From a virus: DNA of 64,000 bases. Below the pieces are notes generated by a model. It was given only the letters and a program-made list of their open reading frames with translations. It made no database searches and was not told the origin of the DNA. The stretch is from the IMG/VR virus record IMGVR_UViG_3300045988_177049, positions 1 to 64,000 of that record; one strand, 5' to 3'. Made by a program: the position numbers and the translations under genes. Of the stretch, positions 27,847-38,636 are shown in pieces (within the stretch, counting starts at the first letter, position 1; each line of letters begins with the position of its first letter).

Positions 27847-28137
27847 TTAACGAACATATGAGCTATTGCACCTCACGAATACGCGCTATCGCGCGTCGAG
27901 AGGTAGTGCCCGAATACAAAAACGGGTAGCATGATTGATGCTTACCGCCGCCCGCATGAACTTGCGGAGCGGCTCGAAATGATATACGATTCCTTTGGTG
28001 TATGAAGAGACTCCGATCATCCCACATGATCAAAGTTCCACGATTTATACCCTGACATTGCGAAAGAAGGTCCCACACATGCTACTTCCCACGTACACTC
28101 TTTCCTCTGTCACCTCAACCGTAAAGGTGGGGTGGCA

Positions 28138-29883
28138 ATGACGGATAATGCAACACCGCATGACGCCCCGTCGCAAGCAACCCATCAGGCGATGATTCCA
28201 CCGATCAATCAACTGATTAGCGATGAGGTTGAACTATTCTTTGCGACCCAACATCAAGAAACGTTAAATGCGCAAGACGTGGAATTCCACCTGCTCAATC
28301 GAATTAACAACCGTTTGATCTCTGAGAATACGCAATACGGCCTTAAAGGATCGCGTGCTTACCAGACGCTACGCACACTCACTCCAGCTGTGATCGCTGG
28401 CTGTATGCTCAAGCGAAATCGAATTGTTCGCATCATGCTTTCGGAAAAAAACACCGATCCCAACTACGACGTACTCGCCGTGTACATGGACCACGGTCCA
28501 AACACCGGCATCTACGTCACCGATGAGGTCTCGATCCGAGTACTCGCCCGTGAGTACAACTTCTCAATTTCACCCAAAGAACTCGATCATGTGATCGACA
28601 TGTTGGCCGATAACGCACCTCGCGTCATGGTTAGTACCAATCGTGATCTCATCGCTGTGAACAATGGTATTTTCGACTACAAAACCAAGACATTGCTCCC
28701 ATTCACCCCTGAGATCGTCTTCACGGCAAAATCAGCGGTTAATTACAATGAGAACGCCGTCAACCCCGTTATCCATAACGACGCCGATGGCACCGACTGG
28801 GACATCGAATCCTGGATGGCTGACCTGAACGATGACCCTGAGATCGTCGCACTTTTATGGGAAATTCTCTCCGCCATCATCAGGCCAAACGTTGCCTGGG
28901 ATAAGACCGCGTGGTTCTTATCCGAGGTTGGCAACAACGGTAAAGGTACACTCCTGACCCTCATGCGCAACCTATGCGGTGAGCGTGCTTGGACGTCCAT
29001 TCCGGTCGCCGACTTTGGCAAAGACTTCCATCTCGAACCTCTCATTCGAACGAACGCTGTTCTTGTCGATGAGAACGACGTGGGCGAATATGTTGACAGA
29101 GCGGCAAACCTCAAGGCTGTCATCACTAATGATGTCATCTTGATTAACCGCAAGAACAAAACACCTATCGCCTATCAGTTCCGAGGCTTCATGGTTCAGT
29201 GTGTCAATGACACGCCTCGTTTCCGTGATAAATCTGGATCTTTGTACCGCAGGCAGCTCATCATCCCCTTTGACAAGAGCTTCACCGGGGCCGAACGCAA
29301 GTACATTAAGCAGGACTACATGCACCGCACCGAGGTGCTCGAATACGTCCTTTACCGTGTACTGAGCGGAAACTTCTACGAATTGTCTGAACCAGCAGCC
29401 GTCAAAGCAGCTTTGCATCAGTACAAGATCGAGAACGACCCCGTGCGTGCTTTTGCTGAGGAATTCCTTGATCGCGTGGTCTGGGATCTCCTTCCGTGGC
29501 GTTTCCTCTACGCGCTCTACCGAGCGTGGCTCACTAAAGATCAGCCATCTAACCCACCTCTGGGATACAACAAGTTCATCAAACATCTCACCCTAATTCT
29601 CCAGGAAGCTGTTGGTGAGGGTGAAGGTTATGGATGGTTTGTTACCCCAGCTGCTGTACGTACGAAAAACCGTATCCTCGGGGAAGAACCTTTGGCTGTG
29701 GAATACAACCTCGATCAATGGTTTGACATCCAGCCCGTAAACGGTTCGATCCGCAAGGTTGGGACACCACACAACATTCCGATCTCCACACGAGGTCTCC
29801 TACGAGCCGGTATTCGTAGTGATGATCTTTTCGACGAGATCGACGAAGACGATGAATCATCACATGACATGTTGTCCGCATGA
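28138..29883 (+). CDS. Phage/plasmid primase-helicase, P4/D5-type C-terminal SF3 NTPase
   Basis: Walker A EVGNNGKGTLLT. Family signature LKAVITNDVILINRKNKTPIAYQFRGFMVQCVNDTPRFRDKSGSLYRRQLIIPFDKSF. Located next to the candidate origin. The ATG at 28138 is preferred over the GTG at 28132. Confidence 0.7.
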   Translation: MTDNATPHDAPSQATHQAMIPPINQLISDEVELFFATQHQETLNAQDVEFHLLNRINNRLISENTQYGLKGSRAYQTLRTLTPAVIAGCMLKRNRIVRIMLSEKNTDPNYDVLAVYMDHGPNTGIYVTDEVSIRVLAREYNFSISPKELDHVIDMLADNAPRVMVSTNRDLIAVNNGIFDYKTKTLLPFTPEIVFTAKSAVNYNENAVNPVIHNDADGTDWDIESWMADLNDDPEIVALLWEILSAIIRPNVAWDKTAWFLSEVGNNGKGTLLTLMRNLCGERAWTSIPVADFGKDFHLEPLIRTNAVLVDENDVGEYVDRAANLKAVITNDVILINRKNKTPIAYQFRGFMVQCVNDTPRFRDKSGSLYRRQLIIPFDKSFTGAERKYIKQDYMHRTEVLEYVLYRVLSGNFYELSEPAAVKAALHQYKIENDPVRAFAEEFLDRVVWDLLPWRFLYALYRAWLTKDQPSNPPLGYNKFIKHLTLILQEAVGEGEGYGWFVTPAAVRTKNRILGEEPLAVEYNLDQWFDIQPVNGSIRKVGTPHNIPISTRGLLRAGIRSDDLFDEIDEDDESSHDMLSA

Positions 29884-29972
29884 TCATCACTTCGCGATGC
29901 GACCCCTGTCTCATCCACCGAGCAGGGGTCGCTCCCCTATCACACACCCACATATCCAGAAAGGCTCCCGCC

Positions 29973-30554
29973 ATGACTCTTACTCATACTCAGCAATCAG
30001 GCTACATTCGTCTCGATGACGTCTACACCGATGATGACGGCGTAGAATACACCGTTTACCAAGACACCGATGCAGAAGACCCGCGCTCATGGCTCGCCCA
30101 TGAAGAAGCCGCGTTGGTTGTCATCGATGCGGATCGACATACACAAACAGACAACATCAATGACTATGACGATAACCCTGTGATCAACGATTTTCTTCAG
30201 GCCATGGAGAAACACGACATCGATGACCCAAGCGACATCTCGACCGAATGGTTGGAAGCCTGGATTCACAACGCCAAACTAGATCACCCCTCATATGGAA
30301 TCGAGATGACAACGTGTCACACCAGCCAATCCAGCTGGTTCACCGTTATTGCTGCCGTGAAGGATGGCTACGGCTCTGCCATGGGTCACATCGACACCTT
30401 TGAGACCTGGGCACGCGGTGACGTCTGGGTTGTCTCACCCGACCACCCGGACTACGACACCCTCTGTGGTATCTACGCCGATGACCCTGAAAGTGCCGTG
30501 GAAGAGTACATCGACAATTATCGGCCCGAACAACGCCAACTCACGCTTTTCTAA
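29973..30554 (+). CDS. Hypothetical acidic protein
   Basis: 193-aa ORF with RBS aaaggctcc. Confidence 0.4.
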   Translation: MTLTHTQQSGYIRLDDVYTDDDGVEYTVYQDTDAEDPRSWLAHEEAALVVIDADRHTQTDNINDYDDNPVINDFLQAMEKHDIDDPSDISTEWLEAWIHNAKLDHPSYGIEMTTCHTSQSSWFTVIAAVKDGYGSAMGHIDTFETWARGDVWVVSPDHPDYDTLCGIYADDPESAVEEYIDNYRPEQRQLTLF

Positions 30555-30580
30555 CATTCCAACGAAAGGAGGCAGCTTCC

Positions 30581-33500
30581 ATGAAGCGGACCACCTACAA
30601 ACGCGCTAGGTTCCAATTTTGGGATATCGAGTCATTAGCCAACGTTTTCACTATCGCTCTTTTCGACCGAGAAACTCGTGCTCTCGACGTGTTCTATCTC
30701 GTTGATCGGGGAACTCCTGTTGGTGACGAACTCCGTCAGCACCCCCTTGACCACAAAGCGGTGCTTTCTGCTATCGCCAAGCGGAACCCAGCGTGGGCGA
30801 AGCTATGGAAGCCTGGTGAAATTCCCACGCTCCGGTTGCACAACCTGAGCACGTGGGAAGCGAACCACCTCTTGGCTCGCACCTTTGGACTCAGCGATGC
30901 ATCCCCTGTGAGCGACCCCGCGTCTCGCAGTACGTACCTGTCTATGTATCGCCCTGTATGTGATACAGACCCACAGTACGACCCCGAGGTCCACCCGTTC
31001 CTGTGCGGGTACAACTCGGCAAACTACGATACAACTATGCTGAGCATCTACTTGGCAAGCGTGATGGAACGGACGCAAGACCCCATCCGCAAAGCTCGTG
31101 AACTTGCTATGTTAGCATCGACAGACGAAGAAAAGCGTCGTATCGGTGAGGGTTTATTAAACACCTGCAAACTCGCTTTTGAGCGCTCGACCATTCCTGT
31201 GACAGCTGCTGAGATTCGCAGGCACAACGACATGCTGTTCGCCGATGATTACATCCGGCAAATGCCCTCGTATTTGAGGTCAACGAGTGTTTCCAAAGGT
31301 AAGGGCAGCAAGGGATCGGCATATCTCATCAGGCAAGCCATGATCCAATCGGGTCGCCATCTCGATATCGCACGTTTCAATGAGAAGCAACAACGCGTGG
31401 GTCTCAAGCGTTTGCTTGGGATGCTCGGATTTCAGATTCTCGAATCTGACCGACTGAGCAACAAAACCACCATCGAAACGATGGATGATTTGATTGAACT
31501 CATTGCATACAACGTCAGCGATGTTGTCAACCTTGCTCACCTGGCTGATCACCCGACCTATTCGGGCGGATTCGACCTCAAGCACGCCTTGATGGTCGAT
31601 TACCCCGAGACCGTGTACGACGCAGTTCGAGGCTCCAAGTCGAAGCCAGACTGCCAACCCAGCCGTGTACGATACGACAGGCTCACGCCTGATTCAACGT
31701 CGGCGAAGTTCGTTGCGCGTGTTCTTGCACCGTATGAGCGATTGAAGGACATCAAAACGGTATCCTTCATGTACCCCTCGAAGCAACGAGCGCAAGAACT
31801 GGGTATTGAGCAGTTCGATGTTCTCGAACTGGCGAAAACTTTCTTCTACGAAAGTATTGAAGACGCCAAGGCTCGCGCAGCTTTCGACGAGGTATATTCC
31901 TATTACGCGAGCATTCGTGGGAAAAACTTTAACGGATCGGACGCCTATGCATCCGACTACAGTTTCGACCCAGAATGCAACAGCGTTGACGATGATGGGG
32001 TTATCACCGCATACAAGCTCAGTGACATTCCTAAGCGACCGACGAATATTCCGTACTTTAGAAAAGATGGAACGCCGACATCGTGTTTCGCAACATTTTC
32101 GACAGGCGGAATTCACGGAGCCGAAGCAAACCTGGCCCTTTTCGAGGACCACAATGCTGAGGCTCGTGCGCTGCAAGATCTCATTGACACCCTCATTGAC
32201 ACTCTTAATGTCCGTGATCTACCCGAACCTGAGCAGGCTTTGGCGATCCGCAAGCAGATTCGCGTCACCCTGCCGAACGATCAGGTGATCCCATGGCAGC
32301 AGGTCTTGATGACGAAGTCTTCGCCCAATCCTGAGCGAGGCGCGTTCTTCAAGCCTGTGCGCAACAAGGATCTCTTCGTCATGCGTAGCGACGGGTCAAA
32401 CAAACTTGATCCCGCCTATGCGATGACATCGATCGCCAAGGCTGTTCACGAGGACTTCTCGTCGTACTACCCGCTCCTGCTCACCAACTTGTCCGCGTTC
32501 TACAACGAGGCCCTGGGTGAGGACCGTTACGGTAAGCTCTACCAGGACAAGGAACGTTTCGGTCAGTTGATGAAGGATCCTTCGATCACGGCTGAGGAAC
32601 GAGAGATGTTCGCGTCCAAGCGAAGCGGCGTCAAACTCTTGCTCAACAGTGCATCGGGCGCAGGTGATACCGAGTTCGAAGGTTCTCCCATCCGCATGAA
32701 CAACATGATCATCTCTATGCGATTGATCGGACAGTTGTTCTCGTGGATGATCGGACAGGCTCAAACCCTTGAGGGGGCACGCATCATCTCGACGAACACC
32801 GATGGTTTGTACTCAGCAGACATTGATCTGGAAACAAACAATCGCGTTCTCGATGAGCAATCTCAACGCATCCACGTCTTGATCGAACCCGAAGAACTTC
32901 TTCTCGTCTCAAAGGACTCGAATAACCGAATCGAATTGTCCCTGCCACCCGCGCAGGCAGACGGCAGCGTTCGGCCCCAGGATGCGAAGATTCTCAGTGC
33001 ATCGGGATCCTCACTGGCGTGCTGGCGCAAGCCGTCTCCGACGAACTCACTGGCACATCCAGCTGCCCTTGATCGAGCGATGGCTGTGTACTTGCGTTCT
33101 ATTGCTGTCTCCGACCCAGATGCGATTAACCGCACCGTTGATCCATCTGTGGCCTACGACATCATGAAGGCAATTGCGCATCAGAAGGACTCGGTGGAAG
33201 CTCTGCTCTTGTTCCAAAACGTGATCGCAGCCTCTCCGAGTATGCTCACGTTCCACTACGCCTGTGATCCGATCCCCGAGGGAACTGATGACAGTGCACA
33301 GACTATAAGGAACCCCAGGGCGCTCCAGCACTACAACCGTGTGTTCGTGGTGAAACCCGGTACACCTGGAGCTGTCTCCTTGGGAGCAGCAGGAGCGTGG
33401 AAGGTCAGTGCAACAACCGCTGAGTCTCGCCAAAAGCGAGGCGATGCATCTGTCGTGCGCACCGATGCCGTAGCTAACGCGATCATGATCGCAAACGGCT

Positions 33501-33802
33501 ATGCTCCTGATGCTATGACGGCTCACCGCCTCGGCATTCAGTTGGCTCCATCGGATCAAGACATCACCACGCGTAAGATTACGGGTATTGAACCCTCGTG
33601 GCACATGCTCATCGTGAACCACGATCTCATGTGTCTGAGCGAGGATCAACGCCGCGCTCTCATTGATCAACTCGATCTTGAGACCTACGCGCAGATGTTT
33701 GCGCAGTCCTTCGAGTCCAATTGGATGAACAAGATTCCAGAAGCTGAGACCAGCGATACCGATACACAAGAATCGGACAACACAGAAAGGAGCGACTCAT
33801 GA
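30581..33802 (+). CDS. Family B DNA polymerase with N-terminal 3'-5' exonuclease domain
   Basis: Exo I FWDIES. PolB motif A DFSSYYPLLL. Motif B KLLLNSASGAG (KxxxNSxYG). Motif C ISTNTDGLYS. 1073 aa. RBS gaaaggagg. Confidence 0.75.
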   Translation: MKRTTYKRARFQFWDIESLANVFTIALFDRETRALDVFYLVDRGTPVGDELRQHPLDHKAVLSAIAKRNPAWAKLWKPGEIPTLRLHNLSTWEANHLLARTFGLSDASPVSDPASRSTYLSMYRPVCDTDPQYDPEVHPFLCGYNSANYDTTMLSIYLASVMERTQDPIRKARELAMLASTDEEKRRIGEGLLNTCKLAFERSTIPVTAAEIRRHNDMLFADDYIRQMPSYLRSTSVSKGKGSKGSAYLIRQAMIQSGRHLDIARFNEKQQRVGLKRLLGMLGFQILESDRLSNKTTIETMDDLIELIAYNVSDVVNLAHLADHPTYSGGFDLKHALMVDYPETVYDAVRGSKSKPDCQPSRVRYDRLTPDSTSAKFVARVLAPYERLKDIKTVSFMYPSKQRAQELGIEQFDVLELAKTFFYESIEDAKARAAFDEVYSYYASIRGKNFNGSDAYASDYSFDPECNSVDDDGVITAYKLSDIPKRPTNIPYFRKDGTPTSCFATFSTGGIHGAEANLALFEDHNAEARALQDLIDTLIDTLNVRDLPEPEQALAIRKQIRVTLPNDQVIPWQQVLMTKSSPNPERGAFFKPVRNKDLFVMRSDGSNKLDPAYAMTSIAKAVHEDFSSYYPLLLTNLSAFYNEALGEDRYGKLYQDKERFGQLMKDPSITAEEREMFASKRSGVKLLLNSASGAGDTEFEGSPIRMNNMIISMRLIGQLFSWMIGQAQTLEGARIISTNTDGLYSADIDLETNNRVLDEQSQRIHVLIEPEELLLVSKDSNNRIELSLPPAQADGSVRPQDAKILSASGSSLACWRKPSPTNSLAHPAALDRAMAVYLRSIAVSDPDAINRTVDPSVAYDIMKAIAHQKDSVEALLLFQNVIAASPSMLTFHYACDPIPEGTDDSAQTIRNPRALQHYNRVFVVKPGTPGAVSLGAAGAWKVSATTAESRQKRGDASVVRTDAVANAIMIANGYAPDAMTAHRLGIQLAPSDQDITTRKITGIEPSWHMLIVNHDLMCLSEDQRRALIDQLDLETYAQMFAQSFESNWMNKIPEAETSDTDTQESDNTERSDS

Positions 33803-34035
33803 CCGCCCACAAACAGATGCGCGTGAAGGGTCACACCCTCATCGCAGAAGGGAAGCCTTTCACCAAGTGGGCAGATCGGATCTACCCCGAAGTCGGACCA
33901 GATGACCAAACAACCATCACCGGACGAGCCATGTGCTCGTGCGGAGCGATGTCTGATCCTCTGCCATCTGACCGTGCTCGCATCCGTTGGCACACTGCCC
34001 ATAAACAGGAAGTAATCGCCAATGGGACGCCCTGA
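33799..34035 (+). CDS. Hypothetical small protein
   Basis: 78-aa ORF overlapping the polymerase stop (ATGA). Confidence 0.4.
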   Translation: MTAHKQMRVKGHTLIAEGKPFTKWADRIYPEVGPDDQTTITGRAMCSCGAMSDPLPSDRARIRWHTAHKQEVIANGTP

Positions 34036-34315
34036 GCACTACGTTGAGGGCTACCTCGTTGACGAGTGTCGACACCGGGGGTGGTGGACTGCAAAGTTCA
34101 CTTCCCCCGGTATGCGAGGGGTTCCCGATCAGATCATCGTCACACCGGAAAGAACCTGCTTCGTCGAAACAAAAAGCGACGTCGGCTCCGTGCGGCGTCA
34201 ACAAATCAGAGTCATCACACTAATGCGCCGCGCCGGAGCACACGTCTACGTCGCTCATACCAGAGAAGATGTAGACGCTATTATCGAAGAATTATCTACA
34301 TACAACCAGATTTGA
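34022..34315 (+). CDS. VRR-NUC domain nuclease (PD-(D/E)xK)
   Basis: GVPDQIIVTPERTCFVETKSD matches the VRR-NUC D...E.K core. About 97 aa, a typical phage size. Confidence 0.55.
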   Translation: MGRPEHYVEGYLVDECRHRGWWTAKFTSPGMRGVPDQIIVTPERTCFVETKSDVGSVRRQQIRVITLMRRAGAHVYVAHTREDVDAIIEELSTYNQI

Positions 34316-34324
34316 GGTTTTTAT

Positions 34325-34660
34325 ATGACTACCGAAACAACTCATGAATCAATCATTGATCACGATGTGATCGTCTTTTCTAAGCCCAATTGCGTGCAGT
34401 GCGATCAAACCAAGCGACTGCTTGCGCGCGGCGGCATCTCGTTCCACGAGGTGAACATTGAAGACATGTCAATCAGGCTCACCGACCAGGGCTACAAGAC
34501 TCCGTATGAGTTTTGCACAACCGTTCTCGAAGCTCAGGCTGCGCCTGTCGTCATGGCTCGCGTCAGCACAGTTTCCGACGATGACCCTGAGCCGCGCTAT
34601 TGCGACTACACGTTCTGGACGGGTTTTAGGCCCGATCGCATCAAGACGATTTCGCACTGA
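34325..34660 (+). CDS. Glutaredoxin/NrdH-like redoxin
   Basis: VIVFSKPNCVQCDQTKRLL, a CxxC thioredoxin-fold motif at the N-terminus. Confidence 0.55.
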   Translation: MTTETTHESIIDHDVIVFSKPNCVQCDQTKRLLARGGISFHEVNIEDMSIRLTDQGYKTPYEFCTTVLEAQAAPVVMARVSTVSDDDPEPRYCDYTFWTGFRPDRIKTISH

Positions 34661-34676
34661 CTGATCGGACACGCAT

Positions 34677-35375
34677 ATGCATACACGTGGCCCGCTGTCA
34701 TACCAAGACGTAATCAACCGTAAAAAGCGCTTGTCCCGGTACAGCATGTTCGTGACCACCATCGACCAAGACCATAAGAACCTCTCGTTCTTTTGGCCGA
34801 ATGACCCTCTTGGCCGGGCGAACTTTACGTTTGAATGTCACCTTGCACCTTCGTCCATCACTGTGTATGGTGACCGCATTCAGACGGTAACTTTTCAATC
34901 GCAAACTGCTGACATCATGAACAGCGTCCTTATCCAGCCGAAACTCTCCTACAGTGAATGCGCGCAGTTCCTTGATATGTCTGAGCGCGAAAAGTTTGCA
35001 CTGATCTACCGATGGAACATGAAACAGTTCCTTCTCGATATCAAGCCAGCTGTGATGCGATGGGTACTTCTTAACGTCCCTGATAACATGTGGGAACCCA
35101 CCATCAAAGAGATGTTGACCCAAATTGCACACACGGTTTCTCCAGACAGAGAACAGCCACCGTTCACACAACTGTTGGACATGTTCTTTGTTATCGGAGA
35201 CATGGCCGTTCAAGGTTCGACAATTGTTTGTCCCGAGGATCAACCGCCTTTGAACATCTCACCTGAGTGGATGTGGACTTGCACAGCTCTTCGCCACGCC
35301 GCGAAGATGTATGTTCGTCACAACAATTCGCTGACCAAACAGGAGAAACGAGAGTTGAGACGTCCTCGAAAGTGA
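34677..35375 (+). CDS. Hypothetical protein
   Basis: 232-aa ORF. No recognisable motif. Confidence 0.4.
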   Translation: MHTRGPLSYQDVINRKKRLSRYSMFVTTIDQDHKNLSFFWPNDPLGRANFTFECHLAPSSITVYGDRIQTVTFQSQTADIMNSVLIQPKLSYSECAQFLDMSEREKFALIYRWNMKQFLLDIKPAVMRWVLLNVPDNMWEPTIKEMLTQIAHTVSPDREQPPFTQLLDMFFVIGDMAVQGSTIVCPEDQPPLNISPEWMWTCTALRHAAKMYVRHNNSLTKQEKRELRRPRK

Positions 35376-35580
35376 TGCAAACAGGCGATCCAAAAAAGTA
35401 TCACCCCGGCGTGCGAGCGAAAGGGGAGCCGGGGTGATACCTGGAGTATCAGCAAATGAACTGAAAGGAGAGAAGATTACAGGAGAAAAGAGCAAGGTAA
35501 AAACCTGAAACCTTCAATACCTATACTACCACACGCTATATCAAACGCACGACCACCCCAACGAAAGGAGGTCACCATCC

Positions 35581-37152
35581 ATGGCTTTCCCCACCCTCAT
35601 GGATCAGCAAGCCGCAGCCTCTCAGTTCATACAAACGAGACCCTATGCAGGCGTCTTTCTTGACATGTCAGGTGGCAAGTCACTCGCAACGCTTCATGCC
35701 TTGACGCGGATTGGCCCACGTGGTCATACACTGATCATTGCGCCGATCAAGATCGCCAGACTCTCATGGATCTCCGAGATCGAAAAATGGGGCGTTCCAG
35801 TCCGAGCACGCTCGTTGATCGTCGATGAGAAGGATCATCAACTCTCACGTAAGCAACGCTTAAAGCGTTACGCCGAGGTCTTGGATCCAGCCACCCCACC
35901 AACGTTGTGGTTCATTAACCAAGAACTCGTCTATGATCTCGTCACCTGGCTCCCGCCTCTTGATCCACGTGATCGCAAGAAGATTCCGACTCCAATCTGG
36001 CCGTTCCCAACGGTCATTATCGACGAGTCGCAGGGCTTCAAAAACCCCACGTCACGGCGGTTTAAGGCCATTCGCGCGGTACGCTCTCAGATCTCACGAA
36101 TGATCCTTCTCTCGGGCACCCCTGCTCCTAACGGTCTTGAAGACCTGTGGTCGCAGGTCTATCTGCTCGACCAAGGTCTTTCTCTTGGCTCATCGCTCAC
36201 TAACTACCGCGAGGCGTTCTTCCAATCGAACCGGCGTTTAGCAAATGGAACTCCGGTCGATTGGCAACCGCGCCCTGGTGCAAAGGAGGCGATCTACTCT
36301 CGCATCGACCATCTGGTGATGAGTGCACCGACCGTTGCACGTAAGCCCATTCCACCCATGAAGATCCACAATCTCATGGTTGACATGGATGCTGACGCGC
36401 GCGAGGCATACAAGACTCTGGCTCGAACCCTCGTTCTTGATATCGCTCAAGTTTCAGGTGTTGATCCACACGATGATCCAACGCTCAGTTCTGTCTCGGC
36501 GACCAATAAAGCGGTTCTGAGAACAAAACTCGTTCAACTTGCCTCTGGAACCATTTACCTCGATGAAAACGAGGACATGGAAACCGAGGAAGAGCTAGAT
36601 GAGTTCGGTATCCATTTGGACGTATCCATGCTTCCAGCTGCATCGCAATCGCTCACCGCCTATAACGGACGACAATACGCGATTGTTCACAGCGCAAAGC
36701 TCTTTGCCTTGCTCGATGTCATCACCCAGCAAACAAGTCCCGTCTTGGTGGCGTACTACTTCACATGCGATCGTGACATCATCTGGGCTTACCTCACAGC
36801 TCATGGCTACGATACTCGCGTCTTTGATGGTACCCGTGACATGTATGAGGCATGGAACCGGGGAGAAATCCCCGTCATGCTCATCCACCCAGCATCCGCT
36901 GGACACGGACTCAACCTTCAAGACGGCGGGCATACCTTGATCTGGTACACACTGCCATCGTCATTGGAACACTACATGCAAACGAACAAGCGCTTGCATC
37001 GAGTGGGCCAGAAACACCCAGTGGACATCTACCAGATTCTCACGCGCAAAACCATTGATGAGAAACTGCCAACAGCTCTTGGAAAGAAGGAGCAATTACA
37101 ACAGTCTCTCATCGACGCCGTGGAGAAAACTGTCGATGACATCATGTCATAA
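35581..37152 (+). CDS. SNF2-family helicase/ATPase
   Basis: Motif II IIDESQGFKNP. Motif III LLSGTPAPNGLEDLWSQVYLL. C-terminal helicase motif IHPASAGHGLNLQ. RBS gaaaggaggt. Confidence 0.7.
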   Translation: MAFPTLMDQQAAASQFIQTRPYAGVFLDMSGGKSLATLHALTRIGPRGHTLIIAPIKIARLSWISEIEKWGVPVRARSLIVDEKDHQLSRKQRLKRYAEVLDPATPPTLWFINQELVYDLVTWLPPLDPRDRKKIPTPIWPFPTVIIDESQGFKNPTSRRFKAIRAVRSQISRMILLSGTPAPNGLEDLWSQVYLLDQGLSLGSSLTNYREAFFQSNRRLANGTPVDWQPRPGAKEAIYSRIDHLVMSAPTVARKPIPPMKIHNLMVDMDADAREAYKTLARTLVLDIAQVSGVDPHDDPTLSSVSATNKAVLRTKLVQLASGTIYLDENEDMETEEELDEFGIHLDVSMLPAASQSLTAYNGRQYAIVHSAKLFALLDVITQQTSPVLVAYYFTCDRDIIWAYLTAHGYDTRVFDGTRDMYEAWNRGEIPVMLIHPASAGHGLNLQDGGHTLIWYTLPSSLEHYMQTNKRLHRVGQKHPVDIYQILTRKTIDEKLPTALGKKEQLQQSLIDAVEKTVDDIMS

Positions 37153-37174
37153 CGCACCATGCAATACACATACG

Positions 37175-37208
37175 TAACGGCCCGGATAAAAACCCGGGCC
37201 GTTACGCG
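37175..37208 (+). terminator. Stem-loop terminator
   Basis: cgtaacggcccgg ataaaaa ccgggccgttacg. Confidence 0.55.
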
Positions 37209-37244
37209 TAGTTATCAACTAGTTAAGGAGCAGAAAAGATCCTT

Positions 37245-38582
37245 ATGGAATATACTACACCACTACTCAAACAACCGCTACCTGTGCGCGTACGGCCAAC
37301 AACCCTTGATGAGGTCATTGGTCAAGACGCAGCTGTGGGTGAAGGCTCAATCATCCGCCACATGCTTGATGCATCTGCTCCACCCATGAGCGTCATCATG
37401 TACGCTCCCCCAGCAAGCGGGAAAACTACGATCGCTCGCATCATGGCTCATACAGCCGGAATTCGCTTCGTTGAACTCTCGGCAACATCGGCTAAGGTGG
37501 CTGACGTTCGCCAAACCCTCGCTGATGCCCAAAAGCATCTCCATGATGACAGCGTTCCAACGATCGTCTTTATCGACGAGATCCATCGTTTCTCTAAATC
37601 CCAGCAAGATGTTCTCTTGCCGGGAGTGGAACAAGGGGTCATTCGATTGGTAGGTGCCACCACTGAAAATCCTAGCTTCTCTGTCAACAGCGCATTGCTC
37701 TCTCGATGTGTCATCGTTTCGCTCAGCACACTAACAGAAGACGATATCTACGCTATTCTCCAGCGAGCGATCAGCCACCCAGACGGCTTACCTTGCTGTA
37801 CACCGGGCGTTGACATCCCAGATGACGTTCTCCGCGTCATCGCTATGAACGCATCAGGTGATGCTCGCCAGGCCCTCACCCTACTTGAAGCCCTCGATAC
37901 AGCCCGAGGTGACCAGATCGCAACACTCGACATGCTCACCTCTTTGGCACCTCACGCGATCCAACGCTATGACCGCGATGGAGACCAGCACTACAACATC
38001 GTCTCGGCCTTCATTAAGTCTATGAGGGGATCCGACCCCGATGCAACGCTCTATTGGCTCGCCAGACTCATTGAAGGCGGCGAAGACCCGCGATTCATCG
38101 CACGGCGCATCGTCATCCACGCAGCTGAGGACGTAGGTCTTGCTGATCCCTCGGTGCTCCCTCTGGCTGTCGCAGCACAACAATGCGTTGCACTGATTGG
38201 TATGCCAGAAGCTCGCATTCCACTTGCTGAGGCGGCGCTTGCCGTCGCAACCGCACCGAAATCAAACGCGACATATCTCGCAATTGATCGAGCGATCGAG
38301 CTTGTGCGAACCACAGGCTCATTGCCTGTACCCAAGCATTTGGCTGATGCTCACTACCAGGACGCTGAGAAGCTATACGGTAACGGTGTGAACTACAAGT
38401 ACCCGCACGACTACCCCCACCACGTCGTGCACCAAGAGTATTTCCCTGATGCACTCTGTGATACACAGCGCAGACCCCGCATCTACCATATCGCTAAGCC
38501 AGCTAGTGGACATGAGCAGATCATCGCTAAACGGCTTCAAGCTATTGATGACCTCATCAATGCAACCGATGATGCCCTGTAA
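37245..38582 (+). CDS. rarA: Replication-associated recombination protein A (RarA/MgsA AAA+ ATPase)
   Basis: Walker A MYAPPASGKTT. Walker B VFIDEIHRF. Sensor VIRLVGATTENPSFSVNSALLSRC. C-terminal MgsA helical domain. Confidence 0.8.
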   Translation: MEYTTPLLKQPLPVRVRPTTLDEVIGQDAAVGEGSIIRHMLDASAPPMSVIMYAPPASGKTTIARIMAHTAGIRFVELSATSAKVADVRQTLADAQKHLHDDSVPTIVFIDEIHRFSKSQQDVLLPGVEQGVIRLVGATTENPSFSVNSALLSRCVIVSLSTLTEDDIYAILQRAISHPDGLPCCTPGVDIPDDVLRVIAMNASGDARQALTLLEALDTARGDQIATLDMLTSLAPHAIQRYDRDGDQHYNIVSAFIKSMRGSDPDATLYWLARLIEGGEDPRFIARRIVIHAAEDVGLADPSVLPLAVAAQQCVALIGMPEARIPLAEAALAVATAPKSNATYLAIDRAIELVRTTGSLPVPKHLADAHYQDAEKLYGNGVNYKYPHDYPHHVVHQEYFPDALCDTQRRPRIYHIAKPASGHEQIIAKRLQAIDDLINATDDAL

Positions 38583-38588
38583 ATAGCA

Positions 38589-38619
38589 ATCAGCACCCGG
38601 CTTATCGCCAGGTGCTGAT
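38589..38619. terminator. Bidirectional stem-loop terminator
   Basis: atcagcacc ... ggtgctgat between convergent genes. Confidence 0.45.
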
Positions 38620-38636
38620 CGTGTTGTCCAACGTGT

